From NCBI GenBank assembly GCA_038087875.1, contig CM075997.1, positions 6,760,001 through 6,824,000 of the forward strand: a stretch of DNA of 64,000 nt, in the 5' to 3' direction. Positions 25,827 through 44,486 of this stretch are shown one piece after another (the stretch's first letter is position 1; each line of letters starts with the position of its first letter). The stretch is from Malacoraja senta. Taxonomy: Eukaryota. The notes under the pieces are model-generated. The model saw nothing but the letters and a program-made list of their open reading frames with translations, was not told the origin of the DNA and ran no database searches. The translations under genes were made by a program, and so were the position numbers.

Positions 25827-26339
25827 GTGTGTCCGCTCTAAATTTTCTACAAACAGGCGAGAGCAGATGAAAGCGAGACACAATTAACTGGATGCCTATC
25901 CCAGGAAGAATAATAGGGAGTCGATGTGTCCAGAGCTGAGGTGCTGCATTTTAATATACACCCACCGCATACATCCTGCGAGGTTTGGTATTGCTGGTCC
26001 TGAACGCACATCTCGGCCGTGCAATATGGTCATCGACAGGTTCCTTGAATAGTTTTCAACACCATTCAATTGTCTGCGAACATTCGTCTGACTCCTCCCA
26101 TCAAAGTGATCTCCATGTGATATAGCTAATCACACAGTCCAGTAATATTGATTTCATGCGCACATGCTCTGACTCCTTTGTTGTTCGATAACAAAAATAG
26201 ACCAATTTCTCGTCTGTCGTTTACCTCGCATCCTTCCAACAATTGTGCCCCGGTATTTTTCATTTGCAAAGTCTGCATTCTGCCGTGTCGGTAAATGTGT
26301 GTGCATAATCACGAGTTATGGAATATTATTGCTCTCTTT

Positions 26340-26445
26340 ATAAAATATAACATATAAAATTACATATAGAATTACATATTACATTATAATATTACATATA
26401 TAATACATTACATTATAAATCACCTATATAAACTTACATATACAA
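26340..26445. repeat. AT-rich low-complexity repeat (~ATTACATATA)
   Basis: Direct reading. Confidence 0.7.
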
Positions 26446-26815
26446 TTATAAAAGGACTGGACAAGCTAGATGCAGGAAAAATGTTCCCAATGTTGGGCGA
26501 GTCCAGAACCAGGGGCCACAGTCTTAGAATAAAGGGGAGGTCATTTAAGACTGAGGTGAGAAAAAAACATTTTCACCCAGCGAGTTGTGAATTTATGGAA
26601 TTCCCTACCACAGAGGGCAGTGGAGACCAAGTCACTGGATGGATTTAAGAGAGAGTTGGATAGAGCTCTAGGGGCTAGTGAAGTCAAGGGATACGGGGAG
26701 AAGGCGGGTACGGGTTATTGATAGGGGACGATCAGCCATGATCAGAATGAATGGCGGTGCTGGCTCGAAGGGCCGAATGGCCTCCTCCTGCACCTATTGT
26801 CCATGTTTCTATTTT
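26446..26815 (+). mobile_element. CR1 3' fragment
   Basis: IIKGLDKLDAGKMFPMLGESRTRGHSLRIKG... followed by the CR1 3' UTR; same subfamily as 14131-14568. Confidence 0.9.
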
Positions 26816-28974
26816 TCTTTCTGAATTCCAAAGAGCATATATTAATTTGCATCTTCCTGCATTGAATTTCTTCCAGGACTTCCAAGCACCAGTGTACGTT
26901 CTCTTGAAGGCCGTGAGATTTCTGCGCTCCACAGCTGTATTTACATGCATTACAAATGTTAGGATCCTACCAAACTCCACACATTGTCAACTCACGGATA
27001 TTTATCAACAATCGCAATATCTAATCGAATGTGCGTCCTCTTTCTTCTTTCACCACCCTTTGGTACTAACGCCCCTCTCCGAAGTAATTATCAGTTCATA
27101 TAATCACAACATCTGCACGGATTCCCATTCCCTACTTCGGTCTTTATTTGGCAACTACTCAGTGAATGGCAGTAATGCATTTAGGGAGGAATACTAATGG
27201 GATGTTCACCTTGTCGACACTTTTGTGTCATGCGCTGCAACGTCTAGGAAGATAATGGTAAACTGCCTTCAGGAAATCCCACAGAAGAGGCAAACAGTTC
27301 AGTGAAATTGTAGCGATTATAGAGAGTCTCCGCCATCCACCACACATCGTGTGAGCGCTTGCAATCATTATCATCTATCAGCAAGGCACCAATCAAGTTC
27401 ATGTGCAAGCAGTTATCACAAAGTCGTCACCAACCCTGATCTCGGTTTCTTGCAGGACTGTTTCACTTGCACCATTTGCACAAAATTGAAACAGTTGACT
27501 TAAACTCACATACCGCTTTATTTTCAGTAAACTCCATGACCCTGTAATGTGTTTGCCGAATTAGTTGTAATATTGCTCAAAGATTGATGATCAACGGTCT
27601 GACATCGTCAGGCGTCTCTGTATAAAACACGAGTCGTTGGTACGTGTGTGGCGAGTGTACCAGTCGAAGATGTTACTAACAGAGCTTTAAAATTCGCCTC
27701 TTCTCATATTAAGAACACGAATAATCCTGCCATTTGAAACGATTTATTATCCCGCCATTTCGGCAGGTGGAATCCCCAGTAATTAATTGCCTCAAATTTC
27801 AATGGAATATTGATATTGGTATTCGCTTTTATTGTCACATGTACCAAGAACTTTACATGCTACCCGGCTAAATCATGCTATGCATGAGCACGTCAGGTCG
27901 TGCAAACGAGAAATTAACAGTGACCATAATACAATAATATCTCATCTAACTTGTAGCTTTAAATGTGCAGGGTCGCAATAAGTTAGATTGGAAGATCGGA
28001 AAAACAACCCTTTTCATTGTGAGGTCAAATTAAGAGTTTCAAGCTGATGACTACAGTCTGCTGTAGTCCGGTGTTAATAAAATGTAATATAGCGATTTAT
28101 TTTTTCAGGCAACCTGTTTGTCACAGTGTCTGTTGAGTTACAATAGTTCCATGCAAAACTTTGCTCTTGTAGTTAGGTTTAGTCTAGCATGGTCATCGTT
28201 TATCCATCTCTGTTGTTGAAACCGGATTATTACCTAAACGTATTGGACCGGTTTTAGATATTTGGGCGAAGATCCGGAAGTTTCATCCGAAATTTAAATC
28301 GATTTATTTTGACAAATGTTGCATGCAATAGTTGCAGCATTTTCTCCTCGTATTTCAAATACTGGTGTCGATAATACTTTTCGTCGTTGGCCGTCCTTGG
28401 GAATATTATCAACAACGTGTTTGTTATGCAGACGTCACTGTGGTTAGTTTGCAAGCAAGCACCTCTGGAGAGAAGTTTATTTGCATTGAGTTTCCATGTA
28501 TACTTCCATGTCAGACTTGCGTGAGCCCCGGAGAGGAACGTCAGCCCTGTATCGGACTCCGCCTTTTTCATGGTGGTTGAGTTCGGCAAGTAATAGCTAT
28601 TATTTGTATAACATGGAGATGTAAGTATAATCTGTTTTATAGATGATACACACTGCGGCCTCGGTGCGCTGGTAGAAACGAGGTACATTTTTAAAGTAAT
28701 GTATTTACAGGCGAAGACGACCATTTACTTTCGCAATCTTCAGTCTTTGATATATAAGAGAATTGGAAGAATATGATATATGCGACTGGATAGAAAGGCG
28801 AACAGATCGCACAGAACGGTAGAGGATGAAACAGGAAGCAGTTGGAGCAAATAGCATTGGAGTTTGGAGGTGAAAACGAAAGGACTACAAAACCTACGAA
28901 AAATAGGGAAATATATTGATGACTATGGTTGGAAATGCTGATTCAAGTTAAGAGAAAATGAAGTAGGAATAAAG

Positions 28975-31951
28975 GGAACCCGGACGTGGCGCCGACGGAG
29001 AAGCTGAAGCAAAGAAGTGGAAGCCAAATAACCGAATGGTAACGAGGCCAAAACGCCAAATAACCGAAAGTGTACGAAGCCGAAACGCCAACTAACCGAA
29101 AGGGTGGGACGCCTAATTGCAATCTAACCGTAAGGGCGGGACGTCTAACAGCCAATTAACCGAAAGGCTACGTCGCCAAAGAGCAAGTTTACCGAATGGC
29201 CGCTCTGCCGCAAAGCCACCTATCCGAAAGGCTGCGTCGGTTACAAGCCAACGAACCGAATGCCGCTCCACCGAAAAGTCAAATAACGGACATGACGTTG
29301 CCGGGGGCGGGACTTGTCAACGTTAGGTCCAGAACCCCGCGTCGGCCGCTTACACTCCCGCCGGTGGAGACGGGAGGGTGGCGTTATTTTCCCACACAAG
29401 CCATAGGTGACTGGGCAATGTGAACCGAAGCACCAAGTTTTAAGCAGCCGAAGGAGCGCGTCCCTCGGGACAGACCCCGCTCTCCCACGGCCACGGCCGC
29501 CCTCCGCCTCGTCTCCCCCGTGCGGCCGCGCTGTGACGGGCTGCGGGTCGGGTGGAGCGGAGGTGTGGGACAGGCTGGTGTCTCCGCCCACCCAGAGTCA
29601 CTAACCGCGATGCATCGCCATCGGACACCAAACCCCACACCAGGGTGATCCCCCTCCTCCGTCCCCCGGACCCTGACACCCACACGGGTTGATTCACTCC
29701 ACACCCCGGCCGCGGTGACAGACGGCTCGGGGCATAGTAAATCGCGTTGAAAACATGCGGGCCGATGACAAATGTGCATGACAACGACCAATTTTATCTC
29801 CACACACTCCCCGACCCCCCCACTTGACAACACGTTTTCTTTAATACCGTCTGGTTGCCTGTGGAACTCACACAGCAAGTTCCCACGCACAAAACACCAG
29901 ATAATCTGTAAACTGTTTTAACCGAAGATGGACACAAAAAGCTGGAGTAACTTTAGCTGAACAGGCAGCATCTCTGGAGAGAAGGAATAGGTGGCGTTTC
30001 GGGTCTGGGCTCTTCAGACCCAGATTTGAGGTCTGAAGAATGGTGTCGACACGAAACGTCACCCACTGGCCGTTGGAGGACACTGCAAGCCGGCAGCCCT
30101 GTCAGCAGCGTGTCCGTTTTTTCTGCTTTTGTTGTTGTTGTAGGTTTGGTTTTAATGTTGCTTGGTGTGTCTTGTGTGGGGGGTGGGGGGTGTGGGGGGC
30201 GGGTAAGGGGGAAACCGTTTCGGTCGCCTCCTCCACGGAGAGGCGACTTTTTCCATGTCGCCTCCACGTGGCCTAACAGCAAGGATCGGTGCGGCCTTTC
30301 CCGGAGACGCGCCCGGGGCTTCAGCCGCGGGCGCAGCGTGGACTCTCGGCGTGGAGCGGGCGAGCCCTCGCCGGGGCTCGCCGGAGGGGAGCGCTCCATT
30401 TCGTTGGCCCGCGGCAGCCCGAGGCCGCGGTCTACAGAGTTGAGGCGCGGCGTCCGCAGCCTGGGATCTCCAGTGGGGGAAGAGCCGCGTCCGCAGCCGC
30501 GGTCTCCGGTGGGGAAGAGCCGATTCTGGATTTATCTGGACTTTTTACCTTGTCTGCAGATCTAGACGCCCGCAGCGACGGCTGCGGAGAGTTGAGGTCC
30601 CGACCACGGGGGAAAATGGAGGAGGACTGGCCACATTTTCGTGCCTTCCACCACAGTGATGAATGCTGTGATGGATGTTTGTGTTAAGGTTTTGATCTGT
30701 TTTTGTGTGTTCTTTTTCATTTTACCGCTGCTGGCAAATCCATTTCATTTGCACTTTATGTGCAATGTGACGAATTAAACTGATTGTTGATGCTGCCTTT
30801 TCCTTTGAGTTACTCCAGCTTTTTATGTCCATCTTCGGTAAAAACAGTTTACAGATTATCTGGTGTTTTGTGCGTGGGACCTTGCCGTGTGCGTTCGGCA
30901 GGCAACCACACGGTAATAAATAAAACGTGCTTCTTATTGTCAAGGGCATGACAACGAACAATTTTATTTCCTCCCCCCCCGGAGGAGATAACATTGTTTA
31001 TTGTCATGCACACTTGTCATCGGCCCGCCAGGGAATGTGCGTGTTAAAAAAATATTTATTATGACCCGAGCCGTCTGTCGCCGCGGCCGGGGTGGAGGTG
31101 AATCACCTGGTGTGGGTGTCAGGGTCCGGTGGTCGGGGGGGGGGGGGGTCACGGTGTATCGCGGTCTGTGACTTTAGGTCGGCGGAAGGACTAGCCTGTG
31201 CCACATCTCCGCTCCACCCGACGCACAGTCCTTCACAGTGCGGCCGCACGGGGGAGACGAGGCGGAAGACGGCCGTGGTAGTTTGAGAGTGGGGCTGTGC
31301 AGAGGGATGCGCTCCTTCGGCCGCTTAAAACTTGGTGCTTGGGTTCAGATTGCCCAGTCATCTATGGCGTGTGTGTGAAACGACCCCCACCCTCCTGTCT
31401 CCACCGGCGGGAGGGTGGGGATCACTTCCCAACTGGTAAGCGTCCGAAGGTGCGCATCCCTCTGCACAGCCCCTATCTCCCACGGCCACACTCCGCCTCG
31501 TCTCCCCCATGCGGCCGCACTGTGACGGGCTGTTTGTCGGGTGGAGCGTAGGTGTGGGACAATGTTCACCCCTCCACAGTGATGTGATGGACACGGGGGG
31601 TCTGGATCAATCGCCCCCCGGAAACGTCATGTCCGTTATTTGACTTTTCTGTTGAGCGGCATTAGGTTCGTTGGCTTGTAGGCGATGCCGCCCTTTCGGT
31701 TAGGTGGCGTTTTGGCAGAGCGGCCATTCGGTAAGTGTGCTTTGAGGCGACGCAGCCTTTCGGTTAGTTGGCTTTCAGGCGTCCCGCCCTTTCGGTTAGT
31801 TTACATTTAGGCGTCCCACCCTTTCGGTTAGTTGGCGTTTCGGCTTTGTACGCTTTCGGTTATCTGGTGTTTCGGCATCGTTTCCATTCGGTTATTTGGC
31901 TTCCACTTTTTTGCTTCGGCTTCTCGTCTGTCGGCGCCACGTCGGCACACG
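28975..31951. mobile_element. Non-autonomous Foldback/MULE-like DNA transposon with ~1-kb inverted arms and 9-bp TSD
   Basis: 28975-~29952 is a diverged reverse complement of ~30808-31951. The outer ~350 bp of each arm is built of short TAACCGAA-containing subrepeats. GGAATAAAG(G) is duplicated at 28966-28974 and 31952-31960. No transposase ORF. Confidence 0.8.
30066..30790 (+). repeat. GC-rich interspersed-repeat-like segment in the Foldback spacer
   Basis: CpG-rich body followed by a T-rich 3' part ending ...gcaatgtgacgaattaaactgattg, which resembles a LINE-type 3' end. Family not identified. Confidence 0.4.
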
Positions 31952-32859
31952 GGAATAAAGGTTTAAACATCCGGTAACCACAAAATAAACCACTGAAAAT
32001 CGTATTCTGCACATTGCGGTGATTCAATTCTAATTTCCTCTGACTTTCATGGCATTCAAGTAAATTCCAATCAGTCTGGTCTATCCCGCAACACTGACAT
32101 TGGTATTGTTTTATTACTGTAACGTGCACCGAGCGTTATACACAGAAGAGTTTTTGTTTCTGCTAACCAATTATAATAGGAAATATTACATCTGAATAAA
32201 ATCAAGCCAATCAGAGGTGTAAGAGTTACAGCAAAGATAAAATTTCCAGAGTGTCGAATGTACATTTCAGCACGGTAGCATTACAGTTCCAGAGTAAACA
32301 TACAATATCCGCAATGCGGACGATTGGCAGATTGGTTCTACATCATAGCATTGGGGACAACATATTAGAAGCCTGGTAACAGAGGGCATGAAGGTGTTCC
32401 TGAGTCTGGTGGTACGTGCATTCAACCATGTATGTTTCGTCCAAATTGATAAGAAAGAAGGAATGAACGGACGAAGAAGGACCTTGCTCATGTTGGCTCA
32501 TGTTCCGATGCAGTGTGAAGTGTAGATGGATCAATAGGTTCAATGTGTCAATATGCAATTATTTTTTTATTAGTGGTGAATGGCGTGAAATTTCGTCTTT
32601 AAGATGGATTTCTTTATGCGATTGTTGAGAGAACTATTCCCAAGCAATGCTTTCTCTAGTGCATTTGTAGAAGTTGGTAAGCCACAATATCAACTGAGAA
32701 TGACGGGTTTACCTAAACGGCTATCGGTGCAGGCCATCTTGCATAGCAGGTGAGCTTGAGGCAGTCGTTTTCACTGAAAAATCAAGATCACACGATTTCA
32801 TGCATTGAATGTTCTAAGCTCAGAGTACGGCCGGGTGTTGCTATTGTCAAAATGTACAT

Positions 32860-39540
<6,681 letters not shown>

Positions 39541-40239
39541 CTAAATCTCTGATCTCGGCATCTTCCGGTTTGGCAGTCATTCTATTGGCGAGAGCGCGAC
39601 AATATTCCGCCAGTTCACTCGCCGTTCTCTCGTGCTGTGAGTGTGCCAATTTTCGTTCCGATCGGTTGAATGTCGTCAAATTTAGCGAGGTTTAAAAATC
39701 TTAAAAACCGCGCACGCGCAGATCGATCTGTTCTCCTGCCTTCCAGCGCCGCCCGGATTAGTCTCTTCCCCTGTCACTCCCCCCGTATGGTCGGCCTCTC
39801 CCTGCGCCATCGCTTCTTGAGTAGAGCTGAGGAAGCCGCCGGACGTTTCCAACCGGATTTTGGAGGGGCCCGAAGCAGCCCCGTCCCGAGCAGCAGCCCA
39901 ACAGTGCGGCAATATCGCCAAACGGAAGCGGTGAGTCTGATCCATGCGGAGGAGAGCATCCAGCGCCCGCTGTGAGTCCCCAAATCACTGCAATCGCTGC
40001 ACCCCTTTCCCCTTCTGGTCCCCCTCACTGGCTCCTGCCCCCTCCCCCTTGATACCCCAATCTCCCCCATAGCTCTTCCCCCCATCTTTTCTCCGAGCTC
40101 TCTCCCCCCCACCCGCTCAGACTCCGGCGCGGCCGTAGCTGCTGGTGCTTCCGGGCCGAACCGAGGCCTCGCTCTGGGGGCGCAGACGGCTGATGCTCCT
40201 CCGGGCACGCAAGAAGTGAGAGGAGCGGCAACCATGAGA

Positions 40240-40745
40240 TTGTGAGGATAGATGGAGAGGAGGGGAGTAGGGAGGAGAGAGGAGTGATGGAGGGAGGGGG
40301 GAGTGACTGAGGGTAGGGGAAATAAGAGGGAAGGACAGGTGAGGGATGGATTTGGGGAGGGTAGCAGGAGAGGAAAAAAAAGCGAGCGGAGGTGAGGAGG
40401 GAGAATTGGGTAGGAGGGGGTAGAGGTAGAGGAGGGGGGAGTAGAGGAGGGGGGAAGTGGGGGAGGTTGGGAGTGCGGATAGAAGTAGAGAAGGGCAGTG
40501 GGGGATGTGAGGAGAGATAGTGGAGTGGGGATAGGAGTGAGGAGTCGGGGAGATGGGATATACTGAGAGGAGGCGGTCGGGAGGGGAGAGGAGTTATGGA
40601 GGGAGGGCGGGAGGGAAGACTGAGGGTAGGGGGAAAGGACAGGAAGAGAGAGATGAGGGGGGAATGGGGGGAGAGGAGGAGAGGAGGAGAGGGGAAGGAA
40701 GTGGGACGGTGGAGGAGGGGGAGAGTGTGCTGTGGATGAAGGGAA
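40240..40745 (+). repeat. Purine (GA)-rich low-complexity tract inside Helitron-like copy B
   Basis: Direct reading. Confidence 0.85.
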
Positions 40746-41662
40746 GTGAGCTGCGCCTGTTCAGTGGGGGCTATGGGTGAGTAGGGGGAATATTGCGTTG
40801 GGGGGCCAAGCCTCTGTGACAGGGACCCAACAGGTCCCACTTAGTCTAGTCAAATAATAAAATGAATCGCTTTCAAACAAGAGGCATCCCCTTTAAACAA
40901 TATTTAAAGGATATTTTTTATGAGAGTTGCCGATACCTAGAACATGCTGTCGGTGGAAATGGTAGAAGTATATACAAGGGAAATGTGTAAGAGACATTTA
41001 GTCTTTAACTTCCTTTATAACTATTATCAGATTGGTGGAGATGGGAACCAAAATTCAGCCTCAAAATCACTGAACTGTAAATTTATCTTAAACACGCTTG
41101 GATCACAGTGCGAAACACAAATTGCTGGAGTAACTCAGCGGGTCAGGCAGCACCTGTGAATGAATGAATATGGGACATTTCGGGTTAGGACGCTTTACAG
41201 CCGCATGTTACGATGGTTGACAGTAACAGTAAGCAGCCGTTGGGTGTGCCTAATTGCAAACAGACGAGAAGAAAGTTTCAACGAACTAATGGTAATGTAT
41301 TGAGGATAACGTTTCGGACATAGTCACCAGATGAAGCAAGAGATAGAACACACTTGGAGTATTGCGTGCAGTACTGGTCGCCAGGATATAGAGAAATTGT
41401 ATTCCGTGGGCAAAAATGTAGCAGAGATTGATCAGCATGTTACCCGCAATTGTTTGGTTTGAGTTACTGGGAGTTTTTTCCCCTTCTGTGGAGCGTAGTA
41501 GGTTCAGGGGTGGCCTTATTGAGGAATACAATAATATGAGTGACATGGAGAAAATAAAGGTTCATTTATCCGCCCTCCTCACCACCACCACAAGACGCGG
41601 ATATGATTATAATGCTCATGGTTCAACGTGGGTGGGGGAAAGTGAAGAGGTACTGCAAAGTT

Positions 41663-41862
41663 NNNNNNNNNNNNNNNNNNNNNNNNNNNNNNNNNNNNNN
41701 NNNNNNNNNNNNNNNNNNNNNNNNNNNNNNNNNNNNNNNNNNNNNNNNNNNNNNNNNNNNNNNNNNNNNNNNNNNNNNNNNNNNNNNNNNNNNNNNNNNN
41801 NNNNNNNNNNNNNNNNNNNNNNNNNNNNNNNNNNNNNNNNNNNNNNNNNNNNNNNNNNNNNN
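41663..41862. other. Assembly gap (200 N)
   Basis: Run of N. Confidence 1.
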
Positions 41863-42080
41863 AATCTCGCACCCCTGTCCCATTGTGATATCATATGTAA
41901 ATGAGATCCATTGTGATTGTACATCTGTGAGATGGCACTGTGACTCATGCAGCAGTTTTTTGATGTTTTTTACTAAAAAAGCGGGGAAATTAATAATCAA
42001 ATTTTCTAATTTTCAAAACAGAATGTGGCGGAGGAAAAACTCTACAGGAATATGTAAAATGTTGTCAGTTACGGCAAAGG

Positions 42081-42216
42081 GTGGAGGAGTAAATCCACAA
42101 ACGCCTTAAAGGAATATTCGCGAAATAGAATCCGTTACAAACCAATATATATTGGTTTGTAACGGATTCTATTTCGCGAATATTCGTTTAAAGCATTTGT
42201 GGATTTACTGCTCCAC
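42081..42216. repeat. 136-bp palindrome with a 74-bp perfect core
   Basis: 42112-42148 is the exact reverse complement of 42149-42185, with no spacer. The outer arms have about 4 mismatches. Confidence 0.95.
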
Positions 42217-43445
42217 GAACAGATTGGTATTACTCCTCCACGTACAGATATATATATATATATATATCTTATAACTATCAAAACTCACGTTGGTTTGTTG
42301 GTGTGCAAACATCCCTATATATTATATATAATATTATATATATATATAGGGATGCTTTGCACATATATCCTCCAACTACGGACAAATTGGACCAGCCAAG
42401 GGTTCCGACCGTTAACGCCGTATATTCCTTTACTCCGGAGATGCTGCCTGATCCGCTGAGTTACTCCAGCATTTAGTCTCTATCTTCGGTCCCAATCCCA
42501 ATCTGTTCGACGTGTGTAAATTGTTTCGAATCGCCTGATACTATGTTGTACTTCTCTATGAGTCGATGCTCCACAACTCGAAGTGCGTGCTTTGACAAGC
42601 ATAGCAGCATTCTGTCTTCATACCTTCTCTCAGTACATCGCATGATTTATTACTACGGATTGTTTGCTTTCGCATCGAGGAGCCATTTTCGACAAATGTG
42701 TCACCACACGCGCACCCCACATGCATAGTGAACATTGTAATACCGAATTCCTTCCCGTATTTGATCAATATTTTGATATTCACCGCTGATTCATTTCAAC
42801 ATGAAGTTTGTCACATTGATCAGACGATAGAAATCAATCGTGCTATATGTTTTCTTCGCACACTGTCTAACTGTTTCTGATTTCAGAGGACAATAGGAAC
42901 AATAAACTTGTACCCCAAGGTCTCCGACTTCCAGAAAATTCTCTGGTGCCTTGCCATTTACTGTGTAAGTCCTGTGAAACTTCACAAACCTTCGGAAACG
43001 CTGTTCATCGATGGCGCCTAATTTCTAAGGAAACCGTAGGCACGTCTGTTTACAGCATATATCGATCCTCTTAAGTGTTTGCAACTGCCACCGAGAGATA
43101 TGCATGGATGCCAAAGATTTGAGTAATCCAGTGATTTAATGCTTTTATTATCATTCTATGAGTATTTCATTCGTCTGCCCAATTAATGAAATGTCTGTAA
43201 TCGGAATGCTTTCTTCGGTGCAAAAACAATTACCAACTGTCCACAGTGTGAGAACAACGAAGAATTTCGATGTTTTTACCTTTAAATTAATTTGCAATTA
43301 GATATGCTTGGCTACTTACATAAATGTCCATTCAATGATATTAAAAAGATGCACCAAGCATCAATAAACAAATGGTTTTGAAACCATGTTTCCCGACATA
43401 AACATGAAGCCATCGGTATTTAATACGTCGGCTCAGTTTCACGTA

Positions 43446-43451
43446 TTTATT
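43446..43451 (-). promoter_or_regulatory. Candidate polyadenylation signal (AATAAA) for the GPCR gene
   Basis: Plus-strand TTTATT about 137 nt downstream of the stop codon; supported by position only. Confidence 0.3.
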
Positions 43452-43587
43452 CGAAATGACCGTGTTGCCTCACGTGAAAGCACAAAGCGACTGACTGTCA
43501 CATGCGTCCTGATACATTTCGAAAAAGAATTCGGAGTTCCATTAATTGTTTTCGGCCGCCCAACTGATTTTACATTAGATTAGCGTG

Positions 43588-44486
43588 CTATTTACAAAGA
43601 TGTCCATTCAGTGTAAGTAGAGATTTCACTCCATTCTTCAGCTCCTCTCGGAATTTCCTCTGTGACAGTGTATAGATACATGTGTTGGTACAGGTGCTGA
43701 GGAATTTAAACATAAACCCAAATTGCTGCAGGATATATATTGGGTTACTCATATATCTGTCCGTGTAAAAATAATTTTGCGTTTGCCAGTTCATAGAAGA
43801 TATCACATAAGGCATCCACAATAATATGAAATTGGCTGATAGAGCGAACAGCAAAACCATTGACTTTCTCCTGTTTTCCACTTCTGGATCCTTCTGATTC
43901 TCGCTGTTGTTCCGCAGACCTTGCCGGACTCTATTTGCCGCAATTATGTACCTAACTGTCAACCCATTAAACAGTAGAATTAACGCAATTGGTAATAATG
44001 GTGTTAGGATACTGTCAATTAACTCGTACGCTTTCCACACAGATGAAGTGGAGTATTCTGATATAAAGATGCATCGCCATGGCACGTTGTCGATGATCGC
44101 GTAAGGCTCTATTGCAAAGTAAAACGGAACACATCTCGCACAGCTCAAAATTGCCACGACTACTATCACCACAGTCGCAGTTCTTTCACTGCAATACCTT
44201 ATCTGAAACTTTTGGCAGCAAATTGCGATGAAGCGATCGAAGGTGAAACCCACCGTGAGCCAAACGGAACAGTCCGTGGTTGCAACCCTCAAAACAAGTG
44301 TCAAAGCGCAAATTGGTGTGATGAGCAATGAAGTGGAATACACATAGATAACATTTGTCTGCTCCAAAACTGCAACGACGATAACTACCATGAGGTCTGC
44401 CGCCGCCATTCCCACCAGGTAACGAGTGATGCATTTGGAAAGACCGCATTTTCCACGGGAGAGGATCACGATTGCCATTAAGTTAA
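43588..44486 (-). CDS. Probable G-protein coupled receptor 139-like (class A GPCR), coding exon 2
   Basis: Acceptor ttgtatccatgtAG|TT AAC. Open frame (V)NLMAIVILSRGKCGLSKCITRYLVGMAAADL...FTFDRFIAICC...ILTPLLP...FILLWMPY...STCTNTCIY...LCK* with seven hydrophobic segments when joined to exon 1. TAG at 43588-43590. Confidence 0.92.

Noticed and set aside
26820..28960. Unique-looking region with ORFs 28254-28724 and 28332-28580 and a TATA-like TATAAAA near 27621
   Set aside because: No recognisable domain, no GPCR similarity and no convincing splice structure by eye.
29000..31950. CpG island or host promoter
   Set aside because: The CpG richness is explained by the Foldback-like element, and no adjacent host exon was found.
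40025..40840. Pro/Ser-rich and Gly-rich ORFs (also 61430-62576)
   Set aside because: Translations of purine- or G-rich low-complexity tracts within Helitron-like elements.
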